The position numbers and the translations under genes are program-made. Under the pieces are notes generated by a model that saw only the letters and a program-made list of their open reading frames with translations, ran no database searches and had not been told where the DNA came from. Positions 1 to 9,090 of a stretch of DNA of 64,000 nt are shown here, in pieces. The stretch covers positions 325 to 64,324 of the forward strand of contig JAFDDA010000001.1 in NCBI GenBank assembly GCA_019311105.1. The letters are read 5' to 3'. How positions within the stretch are numbered: the first letter of the stretch is position 1; each line of letters begins with the position of its first letter. This DNA is from Deltaproteobacteria bacterium (GTDB lineage Bacteria > Myxococcota_A > UBA9160 > JAFDDA01).

Positions 1-545
1 TGGTCTTTGCCTCGCTCCTCGTCGGGGACCCAGGCGAGCGGGTGGCCGACGTTGAAGACGACGAGGCGGCGGATGCGTTCGGGCTCGTGGAGGGCGAGGT
101 TCCAGGCGAGGATCGCGCCGAAGTCGTGGGCGGCGATCATGGCGCTGCGTTCGCCCGCTTCTTCGATCAAGGCGACGACGTCGCCCCAGACGGCCTCGAG
201 TCGATAGGCCTCGACGCCGTCCGGTTTGTCCGAGGCGTTGAAGCCGCGCAGGTCGGGGGCCAGGACGCGGAAGCCGGCGCCCGCGAGGACGGCGATCTGC
301 TCGTTCCAGGTCCACCAGAACTCGGGGAAGCCGTGGAGCAGCACGACGAGCGGGCCGTCCGTGGGCCCGGCGCTCACCACGTGCAGGCGGACGCCCGGTG
401 CGGTCTCGACGAAGCGGGATTCGAGATCGACGCCGTGGGCCTGCTCGGCGATGGCGACCATGTCGATCGGGTCGTGGCGCCCCGCCAGCACGCCTACGAC
501 GAGCACCGCCAGCACGACCGCGGCGACGCCGAGCGCGACCTTCAT
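1..545 (-). CDS. alpha/beta hydrolase, epoxide-hydrolase-like (3' end lies outside the window)
   Basis: Reverse strand reads MKVALGVAAVVLAVLVVG...HGFPEFWWTWNEQ...AHDFGAILAW. These are the HGFPE-W and HD-G nucleophile motifs of the epoxide hydrolase/dehalogenase fold. ATG at 545 overlaps the upstream TGA (ATGA). It is absent from the ORF track because it runs off the window edge. Confidence 0.8.
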   Translation of the reverse strand, partial: MKVALGVAAVVLAVLVVGVLAGRHDPIDMVAIAEQAHGVDLESRFVETAPGVRLHVVSAGPTDGPLVVLLHGFPEFWWTWNEQIAVLAGAGFRVLAPDLRGFNASDKPDGVEAYRLEAVWGDVVALIEEAGERSAMIAAHDFGAILAWNLALHEPERIRRLVVFNVGHPLAWVPDEERGKD

Positions 546-1321
546 CGCGGCTTGGCGGTGAGGAAGCTCGCGAGTTCGTCCACGAGCCCGGCGCTTCCGA
601 AGACCACGCCCAGCTTGTCCTGCTCGGGATAGTCGAACGTGAGGCAGCGGCCGCCGGCCTCGGGGACGAGGATCTGTGTCGCGGCCGCGTCCCAGGGGTT
701 CAGGTGCAAGTCGACCATGGCGTCCACGCCGCCCGACACGACCTGGGCGTGGCCGAAGGCATCCGTGTAGCCGCGTAGCATGCCGATGCGCTGGGCCATG
801 CGGTCGAAGGCCGGCCGTTCCTTGCACCAGTCGAAACAGAAGACGTCGCCGTGGGCGACCAGCGATCGCGAGAGGTCGGTGGCCTCGGAGCAGCGGACCG
901 GTTCGCCGTTGCGCCGGACACCGGCACCGCGCCAGCCGATCGTGCGCTCGCTGAGCATCGGGAGGTCGATCAATCCGAGCACAGGCTCGCCGTCTTCGAG
1001 CAGTGCGATCAAGGTGCTGGCCAAGGGGATGCCGCGTGAGAAGCCGATCGTCCCGTCGATCGGGTCGATGACCCAGGCGGGCCCGCTCGCCACCGAGCCC
1101 TCCTCGCCGAACTCCTCGCCCAGGATCGCGAAATCCGGGTAGGCCTCGCGCAGGACGGCCCGGATCGCCTGCTCGGCGGCGCGGTCGGCCTCGGTCACCG
1201 GCGAGCCGTCGGCCTTGGTTTCCGTGGCGACGGAACGGAAGCGCGGGAGGATCTCGGCGCGCGCCCGGTCCGCCGCGGCTTCCGCCACGCGCGCGGCGGC
1301 TCTGAGATCGAGGGGTGCCAT
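542..1321 (-). CDS. inositol monophosphatase family protein (IMPase/HisN-like)
   Basis: Motifs GEEFG, WVIDPIDGTIGF and WDAAA. Start taken at internal ATG 1321 (MAPLDLRAAARVAE); the longer ORF to 1513 has a non-coding-like N-terminus. Confidence 0.85.
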   Translation of the reverse strand: MAPLDLRAAARVAEAAADRARAEILPRFRSVATETKADGSPVTEADRAAEQAIRAVLREAYPDFAILGEEFGEEGSVASGPAWVIDPIDGTIGFSRGIPLASTLIALLEDGEPVLGLIDLPMLSERTIGWRGAGVRRNGEPVRCSEATDLSRSLVAHGDVFCFDWCKERPAFDRMAQRIGMLRGYTDAFGHAQVVSGGVDAMVDLHLNPWDAAATQILVPEAGGRCLTFDYPEQDKLGVVFGSAGLVDELASFLTAKPR

Positions 1322-1367
1322 GGCGCGTAGGATATCATCGGGCCACACAACCGCAGCGGAGACCGAA

Positions 1368-2258
1368 ATGCCCACCTTGGCCGAACGATTGGGGTTCGAC
1401 GCGAGCGACCGCGTCGCCGTCATCCACACCGACGACATGGGGATGTGCCACGCCGCCAACGAGGGCGCCTTCGAGGCGCTCGAGAACGGCCCGGCCACCT
1501 CGGGGAGCATCATGGTCCCCTGCCCGTCGTTCCGCGAGGCGGCGGATCGCGCAAAGGCGAACCCGGGGCTCGACCTGGGCGTGCACCTGACCTTGAACGC
1601 CGAGTGGGAGCACTACCGCTGGGGCCCGGTGGCCGGGCGCAGCGCCGTGCCGTCGCTGCTCGACGACCAGGGGTTCCTCCTGCGCACGACCCTCGAGACG
1701 GTGCAGCACGCCAAGCCCGAGGAGGTCGAGATCGAGCTGCGCGCCCAGGTCGACGCCGCCCTCGACGCGGGCATCGACGTGACCCACATCGATTCCCACA
1801 TGGGCACTTGCTTCTTTCCGCAGTTCATCGAGATCTACGGACGCCTCGCCCTCGACTATCGCGTGCCCGTCTTCGCAGTGCGGCCGAGCGAGAAGGACGT
1901 AAAGGGGAGCCCGCGCGAGGGCGGCCTCGCGAAGCTCGCGGCGGCGGTGGACGCGGTGGCGGAAAAGGGCGCGCCGATCTGCGACCGTTTCGACGCCGAC
2001 TCCCTCGACTTCGCCGAAGGCAAGGGCGAGGAGCACAACCGGGCGCGTCTCGCCGCCATCGAGCCCGGCATCAACTACCTGATCTGCCACCCGTCGAAGG
2101 GCGGCGAGGAACTCACGGCGATCACGCCGGACAGCGCACACCAACGCGACTTCGAGCGCCGCTTCTATGGCGGCGAGGCGGGCCGTGAGGCCTTGGCCGC
2201 GGCCGGCGTGAAGACGGTTGGCATGCGTCCCCTGCGCGACCTGATGCGAGCGGGCTAG
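1368..2258 (+). CDS. YdjC/ChbG-family carbohydrate deacetylase
   Basis: VAVIHTDDMGMCHAANEGAFEAL...TSGSIMVPCP...LDLGVHLTL matches the YdjC signature. ATG at 1368 (MPTLAERLGF). Confidence 0.8.
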   Translation: MPTLAERLGFDASDRVAVIHTDDMGMCHAANEGAFEALENGPATSGSIMVPCPSFREAADRAKANPGLDLGVHLTLNAEWEHYRWGPVAGRSAVPSLLDDQGFLLRTTLETVQHAKPEEVEIELRAQVDAALDAGIDVTHIDSHMGTCFFPQFIEIYGRLALDYRVPVFAVRPSEKDVKGSPREGGLAKLAAAVDAVAEKGAPICDRFDADSLDFAEGKGEEHNRARLAAIEPGINYLICHPSKGGEELTAITPDSAHQRDFERRFYGGEAGREALAAAGVKTVGMRPLRDLMRAG

Positions 2259-3421
2259 GGCGCCGGGCTCGCCTCCGGATCCGCTTGATCGGCCTCGATC
2301 GCCTTCCAGATCTCTTCTGCCAGGATCTGGTGCCCGAAGGCGTTCGGGTGCTTGTCGACCCGTACCCCGTCGACCCAATGGGCGAAGACCCGGAAGTAGT
2401 CGTCGTGGGTCTCGCCCTCGACGTGGCTCCACAGGATGTCGCGTGTTGGCACGAAACGCAGGCCCGGGATGCTTTCGAGCGCCTCGATCTCGGCCACACT
2501 CGGCGGGGTGTACGACATGATGTCGAGGACGTAGAGCCGGGCCCCCGCCGCCGTGGCGTTCTCCAGGATCTCCGTGTATCCAGCGCGAGCGACGGCCGCT
2601 CGGTCCCGGAGTGGCCGCGGTTCGCTTCCGATCCGCTCGCCAACGCGGACACGGAGACGCTGGAAGTCGTCGTGGAAGTAGAGCGGGAACGCGACGCGGC
2701 GCAGGTAGACGAGCGCGCCAACGGGCCCGGGAGGCCGCGTCAGGTGGTCGGCCATTCGCAGGTCGAAGATCTTCGCCCGGAATGCCGGCGGCGCGATGTC
2801 AACGGGTGCGCCATCCCCTGCGACGAAGGGCACGGGGACCGCGGCGAAGCGGGTCGACGAGTAGCGGGTCCCCGCCCGCTGGGGCAGCCAGTAGCCGTAG
2901 GACGCGATCACGATGTCGGGCTGGACCGTTTCCATCAGTTGTCGCGACTGCAGGATCATCTGGCTCAGGCCGTACCCGTTCACCCCCGCGTTGTAGCCCC
3001 GCCCGCCGAAGTGGCTGGCCACGAGATCGGTGTAGGTCTCTTCGGCCTCGACGCCGAAGCCGAAGGTGTAGGAGCCGCCGAGGGAGAGGATGGTCGGCCC
3101 GCTGCGGCCTGGCGGGCGTCCGCCTTCTGGCACGCGAAACCCCTGGGCATCGATACGGATGGCCTGGGTCACCTCGGGCCGGAGGCTCTGACGGCCGCGG
3201 AAGCCCGGTACGTGTGCGTATCCGAGGGTGGGGTCGGCTTGCCAGGCCTGGCCCGACCAGGAGTGCTGCCGAATCCTGAACTTGTAATAGGACCAGCCGC
3301 CCCGGGCGAAGACCGAGCCGACGTAGAGCGTCGCGAGAACCAGGACGGGGATGCTCAGCATCAGGGCGAAGAAGATCCGGCGCCGCTTGGGGCTGAGGTG
3401 CTGGGGTGGGGTGTTCGGCAT
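2255..3421 (-). CDS. membrane-anchored SGNH/GDSL-type hydrolase
   Basis: N-terminal TM segment (IFFALMLSIPVLVLATLYVG), block I LSLGGSYTFGFG and block V DKHPNAFGHQILA. Start at ATG 3421. Stop shares CTAG with the ydjC-like stop. Confidence 0.6.
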   Translation of the reverse strand: MPNTPPQHLSPKRRRIFFALMLSIPVLVLATLYVGSVFARGGWSYYKFRIRQHSWSGQAWQADPTLGYAHVPGFRGRQSLRPEVTQAIRIDAQGFRVPEGGRPPGRSGPTILSLGGSYTFGFGVEAEETYTDLVASHFGGRGYNAGVNGYGLSQMILQSRQLMETVQPDIVIASYGYWLPQRAGTRYSSTRFAAVPVPFVAGDGAPVDIAPPAFRAKIFDLRMADHLTRPPGPVGALVYLRRVAFPLYFHDDFQRLRVRVGERIGSEPRPLRDRAAVARAGYTEILENATAAGARLYVLDIMSYTPPSVAEIEALESIPGLRFVPTRDILWSHVEGETHDDYFRVFAHWVDGVRVDKHPNAFGHQILAEEIWKAIEADQADPEASPAP

Positions 3422-3493
3422 GGATGTGGGCCCAGCCCTTTGTACCCTGCACGTCGGCGGCTTGCCAACCGCTCGGCCGGCGAGGAGGATGCG

Positions 3494-4273
3494 TTGGAGT
3501 TGCACGTCGAGGCGCATGGCGAAGGCCCGCTCGTCGTACTCGGGCACGGCTTTGGCGGCAGCGCTCGCAACTGGCGGCCTCAGGTCCGGGCGTCGCGCGC
3601 GACCCACCGCATGGTCGTCTTCGACGCCCGCGGCCACGCCCGCAGCGCAGCGCCGGTTTCACCGCGCGCCTACTCGATCACGAGCCTCACCGCCGACCTG
3701 GCCGGCGTCGTCGAAGCCGAGGCCGGCGGTGTGCCTGCCGTGGTGGGCGGGCTCTCCATGGGGGCCGGCATCGCCCTGCAGTACGCCCTCGATGCGCCCG
3801 AACAGTTGCGTGGCCTCGTCTTGATGGCGCCGCCGCCCGCGGGTGATGCGAGCCATCGGGGTCGGGGCTGGGCCGCCGACTTCGCCGCCGCCATCGACCG
3901 CGAAGGCCTCGACGCGGCGGGCGAACGGTTCGCTTGGGGCGAAGGCTCGGGTCTCGATCGCGCGGGCGGTCAACTCGTCCGTCAGGGTTTCCTCGAACAC
4001 CCACCCTACGCCCTCGCCCACGTGTTGCGGGGTGTGCTCGACGCCTGGCCGCCGCTCGACGTGCAGGTCGAGAGTCTGCGACGTCTCCGCATCCCCACCC
4101 TGCTGGTCGTTGGCTCGCGCGACGGGCCCTCCCTGCGCCGGGCACAAGACCTGGCGGAGGTGATGCCGGACGCGCGTCTCGAGGTCGCCGCCGACGCCGG
4201 CCACGTCGTGAACCTCGCCGCTCGCGAGCGGGTGAACGAGTTGCTGTCGGGGTTCCTGGCGGAGCTGGCCTAG
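3494..4273 (+). CDS. alpha/beta hydrolase
   Basis: VVLGHGFGGS, GLSMGAG nucleophile elbow and C-terminal DAGHVVNL. Proposed TTG start at 3494, 5 nt after GGAGG (3484-3488). Confidence 0.75.
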   Translation: MELHVEAHGEGPLVVLGHGFGGSARNWRPQVRASRATHRMVVFDARGHARSAAPVSPRAYSITSLTADLAGVVEAEAGGVPAVVGGLSMGAGIALQYALDAPEQLRGLVLMAPPPAGDASHRGRGWAADFAAAIDREGLDAAGERFAWGEGSGLDRAGGQLVRQGFLEHPPYALAHVLRGVLDAWPPLDVQVESLRRLRIPTLLVVGSRDGPSLRRAQDLAEVMPDARLEVAADAGHVVNLAARERVNELLSGFLAELA

Positions 4274-4485
4274 CCGCGGGCCGGCTTCGCGCGCCGTCGC
4301 TGGCGGCGTTCGCGGGCGAGCCAGGCTTCGGCGTGCCGGCGTTCGGGCTCGCCCTCCGTGATGCGGAGGCGCATTTCGAGGCGCGGCACGTCCACCGTGC
4401 ACGAGTCCACCCAGCCTTGATCGACGAGGCGGGCAAAGGTTGCGTTCAGTTGGGCCTGGTTTCGGAACTTCATTCGTCTCGACAT
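4270..4485 (-). CDS. hypothetical small basic protein
   Basis: ORF MSRRMKFRNQAQLNATFARLVDQGW... with no recognisable motif and a weak SD. Confidence 0.3.
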   Translation of the reverse strand: MSRRMKFRNQAQLNATFARLVDQGWVDSCTVDVPRLEMRLRITEGEPERRHAEAWLARERRQRRRAKPARG

Positions 4486-4595
4486 GGGAGGCCTTCTTCG
4501 GCCAACGGTTTCACTCACCCAAGTGACGTTCCCATGGCAGCGGAGGTGCAAGTCTGCGGCACCTCGCGGCGGACCCTGCGGCGGCCGTGCGTCTC

Positions 4596-5429
4596 TCATG
4601 GCTGTGACCGGATGGTGACGAGGGAGATCTCGGGCGGCACACGAAAGCGCACGGGAAGGATGTTCGTGCCGAGGCCGGACGTCACGAACAGGTCGCGGCC
4701 ACCCTCGCGCACATGGCCGATCGCGAACCGTTCACCGTGGGCCGACGGAACGATGGGCCGACCGAGCCATGGGAGCGCGACCTGTCCGCTGTGGGTGTGC
4801 CCGGCGAGGGTGAGCGCCACGCGCTCGGGGATCTCGGGGAAGATGTCCGGGTTGTGCGTGAAGGCGAGGATCGTGGCGCCCTCCGGCACCCGGGAGAGCG
4901 CGCGCTCGACGTCGTGGGGCGCCTCCCAGAGGTCGCTCACGCCCGCCAACCAGAACTTGCAGTCGCCTCGACTTCGCGGCACCGCGACGTCTTCCAACGT
5001 CGAGATGCCGCTCGCTTCGAGGGCGCGCGAGATCCGCTCTGGGTCGTCCCACCAGTCGTGGTTGCCGAGGACGGCATAGACCCCCATCGGTGCGACGAGT
5101 CGGTCGAGTTCATCGGCGATCGCCTCGGGCGTGACGTAGCTCCCACCGAGCACGCCGCGGATCACATAGTCGCCGAGGAGCAGGACCATGTCCGGCTCGG
5201 CCGCCAGCGTGTCGCTGACGATGCGTTCGAGCTTGCCGAGGCCGTTGAAGGGCGAGCCGACGTGGAGGTCGGAGAGGGTCGCGACGCGCAGGCCGTCGCA
5301 GGCGTGGGGCCAATCGTCGACTTCGACCTCGTGCTCGACGACGCGCAGGGCGGCGGGCTCCCATGCGAACGCCCAGCCGCCGAGCAGCGCGCTGGCCAGG
5401 CCGACGGCGACGACGGCATGGCGAAACAT
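4596..5429 (-). CDS. metallophosphoesterase (calcineurin-like)
   Basis: SDLHVG, LLLGDY, GNHD and GHTH motifs in canonical order, with an N-terminal TM. ATG at 5429. Confidence 0.85.
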   Translation of the reverse strand: MFRHAVVAVGLASALLGGWAFAWEPAALRVVEHEVEVDDWPHACDGLRVATLSDLHVGSPFNGLGKLERIVSDTLAAEPDMVLLLGDYVIRGVLGGSYVTPEAIADELDRLVAPMGVYAVLGNHDWWDDPERISRALEASGISTLEDVAVPRSRGDCKFWLAGVSDLWEAPHDVERALSRVPEGATILAFTHNPDIFPEIPERVALTLAGHTHSGQVALPWLGRPIVPSAHGERFAIGHVREGGRDLFVTSGLGTNILPVRFRVPPEISLVTIRSQP

Positions 5430-5497
5430 GGGAAGCGATCTCCGGGGCACGGGACTTCCGACGCCCGCGCCGGGCCCCGTGTTCCATTCGGTCGGTG

Positions 5498-5839
5498 CTA
5501 GCGCGCGGTTGGGTCGAGGGAGCGCAGCCGTTCGAAGGGGTAGACCCCGCTCGTGTGGCCATCGCTCCAGTCGATCTGGATCGCGTAGCGGCCCACGGGT
5601 TGGATGCTGCGCGGGGCCACGTCCTCGGGCACCGAGGTCGGGTCGAGGCGGTCGTCGCCGGTCCATTCGTCGACACACACGGCGCAGCCGCAGGCGAGAC
5701 GCAGGTCGCGCACGGCGAAGACGCTGCGGTGGCCGTCGCCCCAGGTGATGGCGAGGCCGCTCGGGCCGTCCTGGCGGATGTCGGAGGGGGTGGTGCGAGC
5801 GGTGACGGACACGGGCGGAGCATAGCGGCGGGCTGCCAC
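5498..5839 (-). CDS. DUF971 (gamma-butyrobetaine hydroxylase N-terminal-like) protein
   Basis: LAITWGDGHRSVF...LRLACGCAVCVDEWTG...IDWSDGHTSGVYPFERLR. Start is uncertain: GTG 5839 has GGAG upstream, GTG 5812 is the alternative. Confidence 0.6.
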   Translation of the reverse strand: MAARRYAPPVSVTARTTPSDIRQDGPSGLAITWGDGHRSVFAVRDLRLACGCAVCVDEWTGDDRLDPTSVPEDVAPRSIQPVGRYAIQIDWSDGHTSGVYPFERLRSLDPTAR

Positions 5840-5900
5840 GGTGCTCCGGCGCCCGCCCGGCGCCGCGCTACCCTGCGCGCCCAACCACGAGAGGCCGGAC

Positions 5901-6587
5901 ATGACACAGAACCCCGATGCAATCGCGATCCTCGGCGGCACCGGCGACCAAGGCCTGGGCCTTGCCCTGCGCTTTGCCAAGGCGGGGCGCCCGGTCGTGA
6001 TCGGCTCGCGCAAGGCCGACCGCGCCGAGCAGGCCGCGAGCGAGGTGCTCGAGAAGGTTCCCGGCGCCGACGTCACGGGCTTCGAGAACGGCGAGGCCAC
6101 GAAGCGGGCGCCGGTCGTCATCCTGTCCGTCCCCTTCGAGCACACCGCCGGCACGGTGAAGGGCCTGAAGGAAGTGCTCGAACCGGGCCAGATCGTCGTG
6201 TCGATGGCCGTCCCCCTCGCCACGGCCGTAGGCGACGGCGCCATGCGAACCATCGGGGTCTGGCAGGGCTCCGCCGCCGAGATGGTGGCCGGCCTCGTTC
6301 CCGACGGCGTGCGCGTGGTGTCGGCCTTCCAGAACGTGGCGGCCCACCGCCTGATGGATCTCGATCACCCGGTCGAGTGCGACGTCCTCGTGTCCGGCAA
6401 GCCGAAGGACCGCGAGCCGGTCGTGGCCCTCTGCGAACTCATCCCCGGCCTGCGCGCCATCAACGGCGGCCCGCTCGGCAACGCGCGCATCGTCGAGGAG
6501 ATGACGGCGCTCATGATAGGGTTGAACATCCGCTACAAGGTCCCCGAAGGCTGCGGCATCCGCTTTACCGGCCTCCCGGACGGTTGA
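5901..6587 (+). CDS. npdG: NADPH-dependent F420 reductase-like oxidoreductase (NpdG family)
   Basis: IAILGGTGDQGLGLALRFAKAGRPVVIGSR Rossmann N-terminus, with overall NpdG-like length and layout. ATG at 5901. Confidence 0.75.
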   Translation: MTQNPDAIAILGGTGDQGLGLALRFAKAGRPVVIGSRKADRAEQAASEVLEKVPGADVTGFENGEATKRAPVVILSVPFEHTAGTVKGLKEVLEPGQIVVSMAVPLATAVGDGAMRTIGVWQGSAAEMVAGLVPDGVRVVSAFQNVAAHRLMDLDHPVECDVLVSGKPKDREPVVALCELIPGLRAINGGPLGNARIVEEMTALMIGLNIRYKVPEGCGIRFTGLPDG

Positions 6588-6595
6588 GCGAATCG

Positions 6596-7771
6596 ATGTC
6601 CGAGATCTCAGCCGATGCCTGGGTGGCGCGAGCACGCGAACTCACTCCGCGCTTCGCGGAACGGGCGCAAACGGTGGATCGTGAGCGGCGCCCCGACGAT
6701 GCCAGCATCCGGGAGCTCGAGGATTCGGGGCTTCTCTCGTTGCTTGCGCCGCGCACTCGCGGTGGCGCCGAAGTGGGGCTCGCCACCTTCTGCGACGTCG
6801 TCGAAGCCCTCGGTGAGGGCTGCACGAGCACGGCCTGGGTCGCGTCTTTCTACATGGTGCACACGTGGATGGCGGCACTCTTCCCCGCCGAAGCGCAGGA
6901 CGAGCTGTTCGCTGAGAAGCCATGGGTGCTCGCCCCCGCGGCGCTCTCGCCCACGGGCAAGGCGCGGCTCGAGCCCGACGGGAGCTACGTGGTCTCGGGC
7001 CGCTGGCCCTGGGGCACCGGTGTCGCCCACGCCGAGTGGATGATGGTGACGGCGATGCTCGAGACCGAAGGCCACGCGCCGGACCCGCGGAACTTCGTGC
7101 TGCCCATCAGCCAGGTCGAGGTCCTCGACAACTGGTACACCGACGGCATGCGAGGGACCGCGAGCCACGACGTGGTCGTCGAGTCGGCGCGCGTTCCTGC
7201 CCACCGCGCCGTGCGCCAGAAGCAGCTGGCGCTCGGCACCACGCCTGGGCGCGCCATCCACCCCGGCCCGCTCTACGCGCTGCCGCTCCCACCCTTCCTG
7301 GCCCTGGTTGCGGCGCTCCCGGCAGTGGGCACGGCCCGTGCGGCAGTCGCGCATTTTCGCGAACGCATGCGAGAGCGCGTGCTCTACCAGTCGACGACGA
7401 AGCAGCAGGAGAAGCCCGCAGCCCAGATGCGGCTTGCGCGTGCCGATGTCGATGTCCGCGCAGCCAGCCTGTTGTTGCGGGATCAGGCGGCGCGGCTGGA
7501 AGCCGGCGCGGCGTCGGGAGAGCCCTTCAGCCTGGAGGAGCGCGTCGCGCTGCGGATGAACTCGGCGCGCGCCGTCGAACTCTCCCGCCTGGCCGTGCGT
7601 TCGATCTGCGAGGCGGCCGGCGCCCGCGCACACTTCGAGGCGTCGCCGCTGCAGCGCATGCTGCGCGACCTCGAGACGCTCTCCGGCCATGTGATCTTCG
7701 ATGGCGACGCCGCGGCCGAGCTGGCCGGCCGCGTCATGCTCGGGATGGATCCGAACTCGACCCTGCTGTGA
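6596..7771 (+). CDS. acyl-CoA dehydrogenase-fold flavin-dependent monooxygenase (HsaA/DszC/C2-like)
   Basis: N-terminal LTPRFAERAQTVDRERR, SGRWPWGTGVAHAEW (the GxWxFxSG-type motif) and C-terminal LRDLETLSGHV. It starts 9 nt after the npdG-like gene. Confidence 0.8.
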   Translation: MSEISADAWVARARELTPRFAERAQTVDRERRPDDASIRELEDSGLLSLLAPRTRGGAEVGLATFCDVVEALGEGCTSTAWVASFYMVHTWMAALFPAEAQDELFAEKPWVLAPAALSPTGKARLEPDGSYVVSGRWPWGTGVAHAEWMMVTAMLETEGHAPDPRNFVLPISQVEVLDNWYTDGMRGTASHDVVVESARVPAHRAVRQKQLALGTTPGRAIHPGPLYALPLPPFLALVAALPAVGTARAAVAHFRERMRERVLYQSTTKQQEKPAAQMRLARADVDVRAASLLLRDQAARLEAGAASGEPFSLEERVALRMNSARAVELSRLAVRSICEAAGARAHFEASPLQRMLRDLETLSGHVIFDGDAAAELAGRVMLGMDPNSTLL

Positions 7772-7781
7772 GGTAGAGATC

Positions 7782-7811
7782 GACGAGCGTGTGCAGGTTT
7801 TCGCGCTCGTC
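7782..7811. terminator. hairpin between convergent genes
   Basis: GACGAGCG (7782-7789) pairs with CGCTCGTC (7804-7811) around a 14-nt loop. It sits between convergent stops 7771 and 7884. No U-tract. Confidence 0.3.
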
Positions 7812-7883
7812 TCCGGCGTTGGCGATCAGGTAGCCGTAGACCCCGGTCAGATAACAACGAAAAACACTTTCTCAATCATCAGT

Positions 7884-8675
7884 TTACTTCTTCCGAAACT
7901 GTCGGAAATCAGGCTCGCGCTTCTCGATGAAGGCCTTGATGGCCTCCTGGTTCTCCGGCGAGCCGGCCTGCTCCATCATGGCCGCGTCCTCGGTCGCGAA
8001 GGCCCGGCGCACGGCTTCGCCATGCGCGGCGAGCAGGGTCCGCTTGGTTGCCTGCAACGACGACACGGGCCACTTCGCGATCTCGCGCGCCTTGGCGAGC
8101 GTTGCATCGAGCAGCGCGTCGTCGGCGAACGAGCGTGCGGCGATGCCGACCTCGACGGCATGCGCCGCGTCGATCCACTCGGCGGTGTAGAAGAGTTCGG
8201 CCGCGCGCTGGGAGCCGATCACCTGCTGCAGCAGGTAGCTGCTCGCCGCCTCGGGCACGAGGCCGAGCTGCACGAAGGGGAGCCGCAGCCGCACGCTCTC
8301 GCCCACGTAGACGATGTCGCAGTGGAAGAGGAAGGTCGCGCCGATCCCGACGCCGACGCCCTTGGCCGCCGCGAGCAGCGGCTTGTCGAAGTCGGCGAGG
8401 GCCTGCATGCAGCTGTAGTAGCCACTGGCCTTGCCGTCGGCGCGCGGCTCGCCGCCGCCGCCAAAGGCGGTCAGATCCTGGCCGGCGGAGAAGTCGCCGC
8501 CCGCGCCCGTCACCACCATCACGGCGACGGCCGGGTCCTCACGCGCGTCGCGCAGCGCAGCGGTCAGCGCGTCCCACTGCGGGTCGTTGAAGGCGTTCTT
8601 CCGGCGCGGCCGGTTCAGCGTGAGGAGCAGGACGCCGTGGTCGTCGAGCTCCTTCAGGATCGATTCGTCGCTCAC
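7884..8675 (-). CDS. enoyl-CoA hydratase/isomerase family protein
   Basis: LLLTLNRPRRKNAF...VVTGAGGDFSAGQDL crotonase signature. GTG start at 8675, 5 nt after AAGGAG. Confidence 0.85.
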   Translation of the reverse strand: MSDESILKELDDHGVLLLTLNRPRRKNAFNDPQWDALTAALRDAREDPAVAVMVVTGAGGDFSAGQDLTAFGGGGEPRADGKASGYYSCMQALADFDKPLLAAAKGVGVGIGATFLFHCDIVYVGESVRLRLPFVQLGLVPEAASSYLLQQVIGSQRAAELFYTAEWIDAAHAVEVGIAARSFADDALLDATLAKAREIAKWPVSSLQATKRTLLAAHGEAVRRAFATEDAAMMEQAGSPENQEAIKAFIEKREPDFRQFRKK

Positions 8676-8877
8676 AGCGGCTCCTTCGGCTCGGGGAGGG
8701 GCGATCTTAGAGGGGTTCGGCGGCGGGGCCACCAGGGGTGCCCAGCAGCGCGGGCGGGTGCAATCGGCCTAGGAGACCCTTTCTGATTTGATTTCAGCTA
8801 GTTGGAAAGGTGATTTGCGAGTCGACCCCGGGCATGGCAATCAGGGCCCCTCGGCACCCCCACCGTAACCCATTGAT

Positions 8878-8926
8878 ACACAACCACTTGTGCCTCTCCC
8901 TGCCAGGTAGCCCCACATTTTGTGGA
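8878..8926 (+). promoter_or_regulatory. two short palindromes upstream of nrdJ (possible repressor sites, NrdR-box-like)
   Basis: ACACAA-CCAC-TTGTG (8878-8892) and CCACA-TTT-TGTGG (8913-8925) have centres ~33 bp apart, just upstream of TTGACG (8934-8939). The first resembles the NrdR consensus flanks; the second is one nt too short. Confidence 0.2.
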
Positions 8927-9066
8927 TTTTTCGTTGACGCCCCATCAGGCCCGGAGTAAACCAATCTTCGGGATGCGACAGCTCGGAAGAGGCCTGGGGG
9001 GGTTCTAGGCGGTCTCTTCATGAGTGGCGAGCCGGGAAGGGATGGAGGACCCGACCTGGCATCGGG

Positions 9067-9090
9067 GGCGCCGAAGGGTTCTTCGGCGCC
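9067..9090 (+). promoter_or_regulatory. perfect 10-bp GC-rich hairpin in the nrdJ leader
   Basis: GGCGCCGAAG-GGTT-CTTCGGCGCC. Confidence 0.4.

Noticed and set aside
8795-8930. A cobalamin riboswitch upstream of nrdJ. The candidate strings are GGAAAGGTGA, GGCACCCCCACCGTAACC and TGCCAGGTAGCCCC, followed by a CCACA/TGTGG hairpin and T-run.
   Set aside because: It gives only partial string matches. There is an extra ~30 nt where the consensus is compact, and I cannot build the P1-P6 helices by eye. B12 riboswitches normally control B12-independent RNRs. It needs cmscan before any call.
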